This document shows positions 47,626 through 58,700 of a stretch of DNA of 64,000 nucleotides, piece after piece. Origin of the DNA: a virus. Lineage: Duplodnaviria > Caudoviricetes. The position numbers were made by a program, and so were the translations under genes. The notes under the pieces were generated by a model. It made no database searches and was not told the origin of the DNA. It saw only the letters and a list, made by a program, of their open reading frames with translations. Numbering within the stretch: position 1 is the stretch's first letter; each line of letters opens with the position of its first letter. The stretch covers positions 1 to 64,000 of IMG/VR virus record IMGVR_UViG_3300044557_000104; one strand, written 5' to 3'.

Positions 47626-48543
47626 ATGGGAAAATATGATGACTTAATTGACCACCTAGAATACGGGGGTAGTAATACACTATATGCTGGTAATCCAGAC
47701 TTAACGTTTGGCAAGGACTTTAGAGAAGTTACCCTAGACTCACTGGGAGTTACTATTAGTGTTATTAAAGAAGAGCTACTCGGTATGAATGAAGACCTAG
47801 TTGACCCTACTACTAATGAACCATATTCAGATCAGTTCTTTCAGGATATGCTAGAACTAGCTGTTAGTGAGACAGAAAAGAAGTTTGACTTTGTAATCCG
47901 CCCACGCTTAGTTATGGATCGCTTAGATTACCACCGTAATGACTTCACTGCTAATATGTTCATCAATTCAAATGCACGCCCTATTCTACATGTGGAACAA
48001 GCTAAGCTCTATTACAATGAACAGAGTGTTATGGACATGCCAGACTCATGGATTAAAGTTACTAACCGTATGGGACAATTACAGGTGCAACCGTCTACCT
48101 TATTTCAAGGACTGAATCAAGTAATTAATCCACTAATTTATCCTATGGGTGGTATACCTTACATGGGTAATCCATCACCATTTAATGAAACAGAGTATGC
48201 TCCACAAATGATTGGTATTGCCTATATTGCAGGAATGATGCCACAACCAGATGATGAGGTTGGAATTAATCGTGATTGGTATATTCAACCAGATGTCATT
48301 CGGTATATTGGTAAACTAGGCGCTATTGAAGTGCTAGAACGTTTTGGTCGTACTATTCTTGGCCCCGGTATTGCATCATACTCAACTAGTTTTGATGGTA
48401 TGTCCTCAAGCATTGACTCTACTCAAAGTGCTGAAAATAGTGCTACTGCTGGTGAAATTCGTAACCTTAAAGAGGATATGAAAGATATTGAAGCAGGTAT
48501 CCGTAACTTCTATGGTGCATATAATATTGGTTTAATTGGATAA
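47626..48543 (+). CDS. neck / head-tail adaptor protein
   Basis: Position; RPIL.VE, YAPQMI...Y.AGM, G..ILGPGIA...DG.S.SI.STQSA motifs. Confidence 0.75.
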   Translation: MGKYDDLIDHLEYGGSNTLYAGNPDLTFGKDFREVTLDSLGVTISVIKEELLGMNEDLVDPTTNEPYSDQFFQDMLELAVSETEKKFDFVIRPRLVMDRLDYHRNDFTANMFINSNARPILHVEQAKLYYNEQSVMDMPDSWIKVTNRMGQLQVQPSTLFQGLNQVINPLIYPMGGIPYMGNPSPFNETEYAPQMIGIAYIAGMMPQPDDEVGINRDWYIQPDVIRYIGKLGAIEVLERFGRTILGPGIASYSTSFDGMSSSIDSTQSAENSATAGEIRNLKEDMKDIEAGIRNFYGAYNIGLIG

Positions 48544-48557
48544 GGCGGTGAATAGAC

Positions 48558-49439
48558 ATGGCAAATAATGGTAATCCTAATTATACCAAACGTAATGTAC
48601 AACCATTTCAAATTGTACAAAATCATGTACAACTTATTCAGCGTAATGCTATTTCATGCACGTGGGAACAAGCAATGAAGTGTCCATGTGTGGATATTCA
48701 AACAGGACAACCAAAGCCTAATTGTCCAGTATGCCATGGTCAAGGATTTATCTATTATAATTCAGTTGATGTAGATATCTCATTGTATTCCGATGAAAAG
48801 AAATTAGCAGTCACTGAGTCAGGAACTACTAGTTTAATGGGTACCGAAGCTACCCCACAGATTACAGTCAATGGTGTAGAACAGGGCATGAAAGTTGGAG
48901 ACCGTATTACTGTTAATGGCTGGGATACAGTAGAAAATTATGTATTTAATGTTACTAAGAGTAGACTGAATAATAAGATGTTTCTACCTTATAAGGTAGA
49001 TAAGATTATTGATGCTTATGTAATTAGTAATAATGTTCTTACTAAACTAGATGTTAACACTAGTTTTAGCTTAGAAGATAATCTACTTGAGATTAAAGAT
49101 GATTCTTTACTGAATGCCACAGTTTCACTTAATTTATCTGTAATTAAACGTTTCTATATTGTGTATATGGAAAAAGAGCTACGGTACCTACAGGTATCTA
49201 AAAACTCTGATAAACTTTGGGCAACTGGACGTGGAAATAACTATTTAACTTATGACCAAGTTAAAGAAGGAAAATTTCCTAATGGTGTACAGGTATTTAG
49301 AATGTCACCTAAATTATTACTTAGACGTGAAACCCTTTATTTTTCTAATACTAATTTAATTAGTAGTGAGACTGATAATAATATGGTAATTAATGACCCT
49401 AATGTATCAGCAATGAATGACTTCTTAGGGAGTGATTAA
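48558..49439 (+). CDS. neck protein (Zn-finger-containing stopper-like)
   Basis: WE.A..CPC...T.QP...CP.CHG.G. Confidence 0.7.
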   Translation: MANNGNPNYTKRNVQPFQIVQNHVQLIQRNAISCTWEQAMKCPCVDIQTGQPKPNCPVCHGQGFIYYNSVDVDISLYSDEKKLAVTESGTTSLMGTEATPQITVNGVEQGMKVGDRITVNGWDTVENYVFNVTKSRLNNKMFLPYKVDKIIDAYVISNNVLTKLDVNTSFSLEDNLLEIKDDSLLNATVSLNLSVIKRFYIVYMEKELRYLQVSKNSDKLWATGRGNNYLTYDQVKEGKFPNGVQVFRMSPKLLLRRETLYFSNTNLISSETDNNMVINDPNVSAMNDFLGSD

Positions 49440-49441
49440 GT

Positions 49442-50104
49442 ATGGGTGATTCCTTTGGAGTATCAAAATTCTTAGAGGAACGGGTTGAAGAAGTTAAATC
49501 TGATTATACAAATAAGTTAAAGAAAACCTTAGCACAGGAAGTTGGAGCTAATAACATTAGAGCTTCTGATGATACTATCTCTATTACCTATAAAATATTA
49601 GATCAGCAACAACAGGAGCAAGGATCAGGTGGCTTTATTGATCTCAAACCATACTTTGCTAATTCTAGTAAGGCTAAGCCTAAAAAAGATGGTGGCTGGT
49701 ATATTAAGGTGCCTGTAGGTGGTCAGCAGAATACCACTAAGATGCGTCAAGCCTACGGACGTAAGTTATGGGACGAAATAAGTCATATGGACTTTGGTTC
49801 CACTGGTGGTGGCAATGCTGATATAGATCGAGTTAGAAAGGCTCTCACAGGTAGCACAAATGGTGGTGGTGGCTTTCTAAACTATGATTGGAAGTCTACT
49901 AACATAACTAGAACTCAAGCTGGATCTGGACGATATGGACACTATACTACCTTTAGAACCGTTAGTGATAAATCTAGTCCTACTTCATGGATTGTAGGCA
50001 GGCAAGGTATGAATAATAAAGTCAGCTCATATGATAATGGTGAAGAGATAGCTAAAGTGCTTATGCAAATAATCAGCAAAACAGCGTCAAGTATTAAAAT
50101 TTAG
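49442..50104 (+). CDS. virion morphogenesis protein
   Basis: DLKP.F..S.K.K..K.GGWY..VP, Y..FRTVSD.S...SWI motifs of Twort-like neck region. Confidence 0.7.
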   Translation: MGDSFGVSKFLEERVEEVKSDYTNKLKKTLAQEVGANNIRASDDTISITYKILDQQQQEQGSGGFIDLKPYFANSSKAKPKKDGGWYIKVPVGGQQNTTKMRQAYGRKLWDEISHMDFGSTGGGNADIDRVRKALTGSTNGGGGFLNYDWKSTNITRTQAGSGRYGHYTTFRTVSDKSSPTSWIVGRQGMNNKVSSYDNGEEIAKVLMQIISKTASSIKI

Positions 50105-50119
50105 GAGGTGTAGTAGGTT

Positions 50120-50992
50120 TTGCCAATTTCTCTCGTAGATCAGCAGTTAAGTAATGAAATATCCTCATTATTAAAGGGTATTCTATCAAATTACTATATT
50201 ATAAATAGGGACATATTAGCAGAGTTACCAGATGATGTATCACAACCCTTTATAGAAACTTATGGAATAGGGGAAGGCTACAAGGGCGTTAATATACCAA
50301 TTTACTTTAATTTTCCAGACACTCCCCCAACAACTGCATTTGTGTTAATTCAGTATGAGGGTGGCGAGGAAGATACAGATTCTACATCTCTAGGAATGGT
50401 TCAAGGATCTATGGGTTCTACCTATTCTAAAGATGGTGTTTCTGAGAAGTTAAAGGTACATGTTGATACCTCTGGTGATTCTCCGAAGGCATTCATAACT
50501 CCAAGCAAAACACCATATAGTGTTGCTGGGGTACAGCAAGTTAGTAAGTACAACCTAGAAGATGATGGAAATATTTATGTTAAGTATTTTGACCTGTACA
50601 AGGATAATGATATTTACTTAGATGTTACTTACTATCCTAAAGCAGATAAGGGTAGTGATTATATTCCTCTAGGTACTGTGCTTAATGAGAAGGTGACTGT
50701 TGACTTTATAGCATCAAATACAAATACCATTAGATGTCTATCTGCATTAATGACATACATTAGTATTTATCTACGTACTACCTTAGAGAATAATGGAAAT
50801 GTATTCCTACCTAAAGTTGTTTTAAATGGTATGGATTTGTTAGAAGATATTACATCTGCTACTGATTCTGCTGAGGGACAACAGTTAAGGTATCGTAGAA
50901 TGGAGATTACTTATAAGGTAACGCAATCCATTAATATGAGTGCTGTAAAGAAAATAGAGGACATAGATATAAATAAGGAAGGTATCAGCTAA
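50120..50992 (+). CDS. tail terminator/neck protein
   Basis: Position before sheath; conserved gene order. Confidence 0.6.
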   Translation: MPISLVDQQLSNEISSLLKGILSNYYIINRDILAELPDDVSQPFIETYGIGEGYKGVNIPIYFNFPDTPPTTAFVLIQYEGGEEDTDSTSLGMVQGSMGSTYSKDGVSEKLKVHVDTSGDSPKAFITPSKTPYSVAGVQQVSKYNLEDDGNIYVKYFDLYKDNDIYLDVTYYPKADKGSDYIPLGTVLNEKVTVDFIASNTNTIRCLSALMTYISIYLRTTLENNGNVFLPKVVLNGMDLLEDITSATDSAEGQQLRYRRMEITYKVTQSINMSAVKKIEDIDINKEGIS

Positions 50993-50993
50993 T

Positions 50994-51197
50994 ATGACAT
51001 TAAACAAAAAGAAAACTGCACCGAGGAAGCTATACTCCTTAGATGCGTTTATCCAGTCCGCCATAGAATCACCTAAATATAAGGGTGTTTCTAAAGTCAA
51101 GTTGGCAGGCTTTAAATCTTTGATGGTACAACAGGACAAACAGTATGTATATGATGAATCCGAGTATGTACCAGAACTTGACAAGTATTTGAAATAG
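50994..51197 (+). CDS. small virion-associated protein
   Basis: AGFK..M motif; conserved position before sheath. Confidence 0.6.
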   Translation: MTLNKKKTAPRKLYSLDAFIQSAIESPKYKGVSKVKLAGFKSLMVQQDKQYVYDESEYVPELDKYLK

Positions 51198-51213
51198 AAA
51201 GGAAGATTAATTA

Positions 51214-53049
51214 ATGGATTTAACTACCCTAGAAGAATCAATGAAAAAGATTTTTCCTAAGACATATAATTCACGTCCACACGTAGAAGTTGGATACGAT
51301 GATTCAGCATTATCTAACAGTTCATCTGATTCAGATAAGAATATTTTCTTACTTGGGTCAGCTACTGATGGTGATCCAAGTAAAATCTATGAAGTTAACT
51401 CAAGCCTGATGGCTCGTTCCATCTTTGGCTCTGGTGACTTGGTAGATGCAATGGAGGTTATCTGGGATCCTTCAAGTAGCGGTACACAAAATGGTGGTAC
51501 AGTTTTTGCCATGCGTGTTGAAAATGCTACTCAAGGAACACTTAAAAATGGTGTTGTAACATTTAAATCTAAAGTATTTGGTTCAAACGCTAATAAGATT
51601 GCTTTAGCGCTTGATAAAGATGCTATTACAAATGCTTACCGTTTGACTGTTAACTATCCAGTTAAGAACTACAGTACAACATATACTAACATTGGGAACA
51701 TCTTTTCATTGTCATACATTGGTACCGAAGCATCTGCAGCTTATAAGGTTGATGGTAGCTTAGGTAATGCTACAAGTTTTGAACTATCAGTTGGTAATGA
51801 CACTGCCAGTTTGGCTCCAGTTGCTACCTTTGATATTTCAAGTGGTAACTATGATAGTGTTTATGACATTATTGAAGCTATTAATAAGATCCCGGGATTC
51901 CAAGCAGCACCACTTAAATCAGCTTACTCAATCTCAGCTTTCAAGTTGGATGCTACTGCTGATCGTGTACAAGTTAAGAACTCAGATGAACCAGCAATTG
52001 TTACATCACTCTATGGCGATCTAGAAAACGTTCTGGAAGATGACACTTATGTAGGTGTATCAGTATTATATGATGATCCTTCTAAGATTCAAGACCCAGA
52101 AAATGTTACTGCAACGCCAACTAATGATGGTGCTAAGGTTACTGCAACTGATAGTGAACGGACTGGTATTACTCCATTTGAACTTACTAATTTATCTGGT
52201 GGTACTGACGGTGTTGTTCCTACAAGCTGGGCTGATAAGTTTAATAACATTATTGGTCATAATGTCTATTACATTGTTCCATTAACTGCTCAAGAAAACG
52301 TTCATGCTGAATTGCGTGAGTTCCTAAATGAACAAGACTTATTGGGTTATCATTATATTGCCTTTGTTGGTGGTGGTTACAATGAAAACTATACTAAGGC
52401 TATTTCACGTCAAGCAGCATTACGTTCTAACCGAATTGCATTAGTTGCTAACTCAGGATACTACACAGCATTGAATGGTGCTACTGTTCATATTCCGGGT
52501 TATATCATGGCAGCCTTTGTAGCTGGTACTTCATCAAGTCTTCCAGTTGGATATGCCGTTACTAACAAGTACCTTGGTCTAACTAGTTTGGATCAAAACT
52601 TCTCTGGTGATGAACTTAACCAATTGGACGCATCAGGTATCATTGCTATTGAAGCAGTTATCAACCGGAATGCTAGTGGTGGATTTGCAATCGTTGAAGA
52701 TGTTACTACGTATAACTCAACTAATGAACCTGTTAAGAACTTGATTTCACTACAAGAGTTAACAGACTTCCTATTTGATGACTTACGTGTTTCGATGCGT
52801 GAAGATTACATTGGTAAGCCACTATCAACCTTGTCTGGTCAACAAATTTCATCATACATTTCAACATTCTTATCAAAGCGTGTTGCATCTGGTATGTTGG
52901 CATCATATGATCCTAACGACATTGAAGTTGATATTGTTGGTAACACTGTAATGGTTGTTTTCTCTGCAGCGCCTGCACGGGAAGCTCGCTTGATTGTGGT
53001 TAAAGGTACTTACACTAACTTCACAAGCACAACAACCTCAGCGGGTTAA
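51214..53049 (+). CDS. contractile tail sheath protein
   Basis: FP....RPH, A..IFGSGDL.DA.E..W.P, YYIVPLT...HAE, IVEDVTTYN. Confidence 0.93.
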   Translation: MDLTTLEESMKKIFPKTYNSRPHVEVGYDDSALSNSSSDSDKNIFLLGSATDGDPSKIYEVNSSLMARSIFGSGDLVDAMEVIWDPSSSGTQNGGTVFAMRVENATQGTLKNGVVTFKSKVFGSNANKIALALDKDAITNAYRLTVNYPVKNYSTTYTNIGNIFSLSYIGTEASAAYKVDGSLGNATSFELSVGNDTASLAPVATFDISSGNYDSVYDIIEAINKIPGFQAAPLKSAYSISAFKLDATADRVQVKNSDEPAIVTSLYGDLENVLEDDTYVGVSVLYDDPSKIQDPENVTATPTNDGAKVTATDSERTGITPFELTNLSGGTDGVVPTSWADKFNNIIGHNVYYIVPLTAQENVHAELREFLNEQDLLGYHYIAFVGGGYNENYTKAISRQAALRSNRIALVANSGYYTALNGATVHIPGYIMAAFVAGTSSSLPVGYAVTNKYLGLTSLDQNFSGDELNQLDASGIIAIEAVINRNASGGFAIVEDVTTYNSTNEPVKNLISLQELTDFLFDDLRVSMREDYIGKPLSTLSGQQISSYISTFLSKRVASGMLASYDPNDIEVDIVGNTVMVVFSAAPAREARLIVVKGTYTNFTSTTTSAG

Positions 53050-53106
53050 ATCACCACTGATGATATAATAAAGGTAGCTTATTATATCGAGAGAAGGATG
53101 ATTTAA

Positions 53107-54057
53107 TTGGGAAGACGTTTAACTAACGAAGAGTTCACAGAACGGGTTTATAACTTAGTAGGTAATGAGTACACATTTGAAGAACCCTATAAGGGAAACA
53201 GAGAGAAGCTACTGGTGAGACATAGCAAGTGTGGTCATACCTATAAAGTTGCACCTTATGCTTTTAAATCTGGTAGAAGGTGTCCTTATTGTCTGAATAG
53301 AAATGTATTAAATCAAGAGCAGTTTATTGCTGAAATCAAGAAACACTTTGGTGATAGATATACTGTTGTGGGCAAATACATTAACAGGAGTACTAAAGTT
53401 AAAATGCACTGTAATAAGTGTGGTACAACTTGGAATGCTCTCCCGACTACCCTACTAAGTGGACATGAGTGTGAAATTTGTTCCTATAGGAAGCGTGGAG
53501 ACAATAGACGGTATACAAAAGAACAGTTTGTAGAAAATCTGGAATCTAAATATCCTCATAAATACACTATCATAGGTGAGTATAAAGGAGTCCACAAGCC
53601 TATAGAAGTAATTTATAATCATTGTGGTCACACTGGATTTGTAGACCCATCTAATCTACTAATTGGATATGGGTGCCCTATTTGTAAGAACTCTCGTGGT
53701 GAACTACTTATTGCTAAAGTATTAGATAGTTTAAATATTAAATATCAAGCTCAAAAGTGTTTTGAAGGTTGTAAGGATAAAAGAATGCTTCCCTTTGATT
53801 TTTATATTCCAGAGTATAATACATGTATTGAATATGATGGTATCCAACATTATGAACCACGTAGCTTTGGTGGATCAGACGAGGAAACTATTGAGAACTA
53901 TAATATTCAGAAATCACATGATGTTATGAAAGACAAATTTTGCAAAGCAGAGGGAATCCTTCTAGTCAGAATACCTTATAGTGTTAAAGAGTTTGAAGAT
54001 TTAAAAAATATTATACTAGATAATATAGTTTTTAAAACTAGAAAGGATTGTGATTAA
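53107..54057 (+). CDS. free-standing homing endonuclease (same family as the terL intron HEGs)
   Basis: H..CG...CP.C repeats; FDFYIP.YN..IEYDG.QH; no flanking intron core. Confidence 0.85.
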   Translation: MGRRLTNEEFTERVYNLVGNEYTFEEPYKGNREKLLVRHSKCGHTYKVAPYAFKSGRRCPYCLNRNVLNQEQFIAEIKKHFGDRYTVVGKYINRSTKVKMHCNKCGTTWNALPTTLLSGHECEICSYRKRGDNRRYTKEQFVENLESKYPHKYTIIGEYKGVHKPIEVIYNHCGHTGFVDPSNLLIGYGCPICKNSRGELLIAKVLDSLNIKYQAQKCFEGCKDKRMLPFDFYIPEYNTCIEYDGIQHYEPRSFGGSDEETIENYNIQKSHDVMKDKFCKAEGILLVRIPYSVKEFEDLKNIILDNIVFKTRKDCD

Positions 54058-54490
54058 AATTAGTACAGAAGCCGGACAAACAGTTTCAACTGGGAATCGT
54101 ATCTACATCATGGCTAAGAATACATTGATTGGTCGTGCTCAATCACTTACCGCTGATGTATCATTTGGTACAGAAGGGGTTTATGAATTAGGTTCAATTA
54201 TGCCACAGGAACATGTATACTTAAAGTATACTGGGACTGTAACACTTGAACGTTTCCGTATGATTGATTTAAACTTTGCTAACTCATCATTGGGAATTGC
54301 AGCACTTGGTGAGGATATTCTCCAAAAAGATGTCATTGACATTAACGTTATGGATGATATTACAAAGGGTGTTATTGAAACATATCGTGGATGTACTGCT
54401 GATTCACACAACACGTCAATGCGTGCGAACCAGATTGTTACAGAAAACATGCGTTTCTTCTTCCTAACATGCTCTACACAAGGAGCATAA
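54050..54490 (+). CDS. tail tube protein (start possibly ATT at 54059)
   Basis: STEAGQTV.TGN, IGRAQS, FGTEGVYE.GSIMPQEHVYLKY.G. Confidence 0.92.
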   Translation: MIKISTEAGQTVSTGNRIYIMAKNTLIGRAQSLTADVSFGTEGVYELGSIMPQEHVYLKYTGTVTLERFRMIDLNFANSSLGIAALGEDILQKDVIDINVMDDITKGVIETYRGCTADSHNTSMRANQIVTENMRFFFLTCSTQGA

Positions 54491-54503
54491 ACTAATTAAA
54501 TTA

Positions 54504-54539
54504 AGAGACAGCTATCTTAACGGGTGGTTGTCTCTTTTT
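54504..54539 (+). terminator. intrinsic terminator after tail tube
   Basis: agagacagc/gttgtctct stem plus T tract. Confidence 0.75.
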
Positions 54540-54641
54540 CTATATTAAATGATAGATAATTCAGACTTAACAGATAAAAAGGCGATATATTGTATAATTA
54601 GATTAGAGTTTAAATTTAATTATATAGAGGGAGACATATAA

Positions 54642-55256
54642 ATGGCTTTATCAGAAGAAGAAAAACGTAAGGCAATGCAGCAATTGCGTGACCAAGATAA
54701 ACAACGTCAAGCAAAAGAAGCGGAAGCTAATAAAGATGCTAAACCAGTTGATGTAATTAAGCAGGAATCTAAGGACGATAAGGATGCCATTATTGAATCA
54801 TTAAAATCTCAGATTGCTAAGAAAGATGAAACAATTGGTAGTTTAAAGAGTCAAGCTAATGATCAATTTAGTGAAAAGACATTCTTGCAGGAGAATGAAG
54901 CGCTTAATGCAGTTCTTAAAGGTAATGATGGTAAGAACTTTGTTAAGGAATATAACTTAGATGTTGAAAATAGTGATAACAAATTACATTTCATTGTTAA
55001 GATGCACTTACCTAATGTTATGGAAATTTCAGCTATTGAACAGGAATTTGTAGACTTAACTAAGGGGCGTGGAAATAGCTTTAGTCAAACTAACCAAATG
55101 TTATTCCGTGCCATCTCATACTTCCGTGTAGTGGGAGATGAAGTTCCAGAATGGTTTAAAGACCCAGAAAGTACCTACCGTTGGGATATTATCCTAAGTA
55201 CATGGTTGGATTACGAGGAATGGGAAGACTCCTTTCGAGACCAGCAATTCAAGTAA
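54642..55256 (+). CDS. tail assembly chaperone (gpG-like)
   Basis: Position between tube and tape measure; VG.EVPEWF motif. Confidence 0.75.
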   Translation: MALSEEEKRKAMQQLRDQDKQRQAKEAEANKDAKPVDVIKQESKDDKDAIIESLKSQIAKKDETIGSLKSQANDQFSEKTFLQENEALNAVLKGNDGKNFVKEYNLDVENSDNKLHFIVKMHLPNVMEISAIEQEFVDLTKGRGNSFSQTNQMLFRAISYFRVVGDEVPEWFKDPESTYRWDIILSTWLDYEEWEDSFRDQQFK

Positions 55257-55773
55257 AAACAACCCAAATAGTAACCCTAACCTACCAAGAGCAATTAATG
55301 AACTTGGGGGTATGGAAAAAGTAGCTCGGTCTACCGCTGGTCGTAACATGTGGCTTATTATGAAGATGTTTAATGCACTTCCTAATGACCCATTAATTAA
55401 AAGTTTAACTTATGCTCAACGTGAGTTTATTGTGGCAAGTATTACACAGGATAATCGTGAAGCAGAACTTGGTGACAACACTAAGGAAGTTTCGCATGTA
55501 GTTGATAACTCAGACTACAAAGATAAGTTCTACTCTAATGATAATATTGATCTGCTTGAAGATGGGGATAACTTAGATGATATCTACAATCAAGTTCAAA
55601 AACTTACTAATGATCCTAGATTTGAAATGGACATTGATAACAAGATTGAACATGCTTTGGAAGATAAGAAGTCTGAGAATAAGAATGCAGATCAAATCAT
55701 TAAAGAATCATGGGATAAAATTGAACAGGATGCTAAGCAAGCTATTAGTGATGAGGAATGGGCTGAAATCTAA
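55230..55773 (+). CDS. tail assembly chaperone frameshift extension (gpGT-like, +1 frame)
   Basis: +1 frame open from at least 55201 through ATG 55312; TCC TTT CGA at 55230-55238. Confidence 0.7.
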
Positions 55774-55790
55774 AGAGGGGAAGTGATCTA

Positions 55791-58700
55791 GTGTCCGACA
55801 GCAAAGATGTCGATCTGAATATAAAATTTAATGCTAATGAAGTATTATCACAAATTCGTCAAGTAGACCAAGCAATTGCAAACACACAGAATAGAGTTAA
55901 CCAGCTTAATCGAAAAGCAAGTAACAACAATGGCACTATTTCTGCCCGTGACCAAGCTAATGTTGCTGGACAACTTGGTGACTCCCAAGAGATGCTCCGA
56001 GCAATTCAGGAGCTTTCTAAGGTAACAGCCCAGACACTGGACTATCAACGTGCTAATCATGCTGATACTAGTACTGTGTCTAATAACCAAAATGTTTATA
56101 AGATGTTACAAGATGCTTTGGATCGTGGACACTCCTCAATTGGATATAGTCAAACCACAGGCAATGTCAACCCTAATGAATCCTTTCAGCAGACTCAAGG
56201 TTATAAGACAAATGCTTCAAAAGCGTATAGTAATTATAATGATACTGATTTACAGCATGAGCGTGATGAGTTAAACCGTTCCATGAAAGACTTTGTAAGG
56301 TCTATCAGCTTACAAGTTGGTAATACCTCAAGGTCAATCACTCGTACATCAGGTACACTAGATACAACTATTCGATCTGGACACATGTCTGGTGAACGCT
56401 ATGACAAGTATAATAATGGTTTTGCTACTGCTAATGAAAATATTAAATCTACCAGTGTTTCTATTGATGATAAAATTAGAGAATATACAGGTAGACGTGA
56501 TCAAGTCCAAGGCAGAATTGATAGCATTAATAACAATAATGCTAAAGGACAGTATTCACGAGATGATGCTAGTGAGAAAGCCGCAGCCACTGAACAGGTT
56601 AAAGAGATTCAAAAGAACATTGATTCTCTACGAACTTTCCGTGAGCAACTTGATAAAGCTAGTGACACTAATAAGACTAATCAAAACAAGCTAAATACAG
56701 CGGTAGATTCAGATGCTGTTGGTGTTGATCCCTATAAGAACTCATTAAGAGGGATTATTAATAGTCGTCTTCCATCTATTGGACGTGGGGCGGTTGCTGC
56801 AGGGACTGCTACTGCTACTGGGTTAGTTTCCTCTGGTAGTCAAGCCCGTCTGCAAATGGAAGAGCAAGTTAATCCAATTATGTATGCACAGGCACAGCAA
56901 AATGGTGTCACTAAACATGCAGATAATACAATTGAGAACAACCTAGCAGACATTAGTAAAAAGAATGGTACTAACTACAAGCAAACAGAAATGGCTCAAT
57001 TTGCTAGTGCATATACTGGTAGTACAGGTAACTCAAACTATCAATCAGGTGCTAATAATTGGTCACAGTTTGCTCGTTATAGTGGAGTATCAAATGATAC
57101 TGCTCTAGCTCTAGAAAACACTGTTGGTCAGTCTGGTGGTGGTAGTGATTCCGCAGCGGTCACTCATGCTATTCAGAACTCTATTACTAATTCTGGTATG
57201 ACTGCTAAAGCTAATGTGCAGGGACAAGCTCTTAACTCCCTTATTAGTAATGCTTCTAACCTAAACTTATCTAAGACCAATATCAAAGATATGGCTGGTT
57301 TCCAAGGAATAATGGCCAAACAAGGTTCTGATCTCCAAGGACAAAATGGTGCTAATGCTCTTACCGCTACTACTAAAGCAGTAACTAATTTTAATGATCC
57401 AGTTGCTCGTATGTGGTTTGGTGGTAACTCAGATAAGTACCAAGGTGTTGATGGACAAGTTAAGTTAATGGATGATATGCAACAAGCTGCTAAAGATCCA
57501 TTAAAACTTAATAACCCTATTGCTCGTGGATTGGCAAGCAACCATGGTAATGTTGAACGTACTGCTGGACAGTTATCACAAATGGCTCAAGCTAATGGCC
57601 AAGACCTAACAGTTGCACAAGCTCGTAAGCTGATTAACTTGCAAAAGAATGGTCAGTGGACTAAAAAAGCTGTTAACGATATTGTTAAACCTAAAGGCAA
57701 GAGTGATAAGAATAAAGCCCAGTATGATAAATCTGGTGTAGCTACTATTAATGCCAAGGAAGCTATTATTCAAGCAGCTTCTATTAAATCTAGTCAAGCT
57801 ATGGATACTCCTCGTGCTATTGGCAATACCCTTATGGGAATGAGTAGTGGTTTAACCGCTACTATGTTGACTGGTGGTAGTATTGGTGCATCAGCACTCC
57901 AAAGTATTGGGGGTACTGCTATTGGTAGTATGTTCCAAGGTAAAGGTGAACATACTGCTCCTCGTGGTGGTCGTCACATGGATAAATCAGGTAGATTTAC
58001 TAGTAGGGTAGGGTCAAAAATTAGGAGCACTGCTTCTACTATTGGTGAATCAGGAATATTTAAGGGTGCCACTAAGTATGCTAAGCGTGCTGGCGGGTTC
58101 CTTAAAAATAGTAGAATTGGTGGATTTGCAGTAAGTGTAGGAACTGGTATTCTCACCCATGGTAAGAGTTTAAAATCTAGAACAATGCAACGATTTGCAC
58201 GTAATGGTTCTCACTTTGCAACTAAGGGTGCAACCAAAGAAGCAGAATCAGTTGCTACTCGTGCTACTAGATTTGCTAAAACCAGTAGAGCATCTTCACT
58301 GCTAAGCAAGGGTGGCAGCGTTCTAAGAGGTGCTGGTAAAATTGGTGGTGGAGCATTAAGTGCTGCGTTAGCTGTTGGTAGTATCTACACTGATTTAAAA
58401 ACCACTAAAAAAGGTTCTAAAGAACGTCATAAAGCAGTTGGATCATCAGTAGGTTCAGGTGTTGGTGGTACAGTTGGTTCTGTACTTGGATCAGCACTTG
58501 GCCCCCTTGGTACAATAGCTGGGGGTGCAGCAGGATCATGGATTGGTGGAAAAATTGGTGGATTTGCTGGTGGGCTACTGCCTGCTAATAATAAAAAGAG
58601 TGTTGTTGAACGTGCCAAAGAGAAACAAAAGAAGGATATGAAAAAGTTCTTTGGTGGGGATAAAGATGATAAGAATCTAACTAAGATGGGTAAGAGTAAG

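Noticed and set aside
53050-54060. Group I intron around the third HEG
   Set aside because: No conserved intron core or space for one; flanking genes are intact
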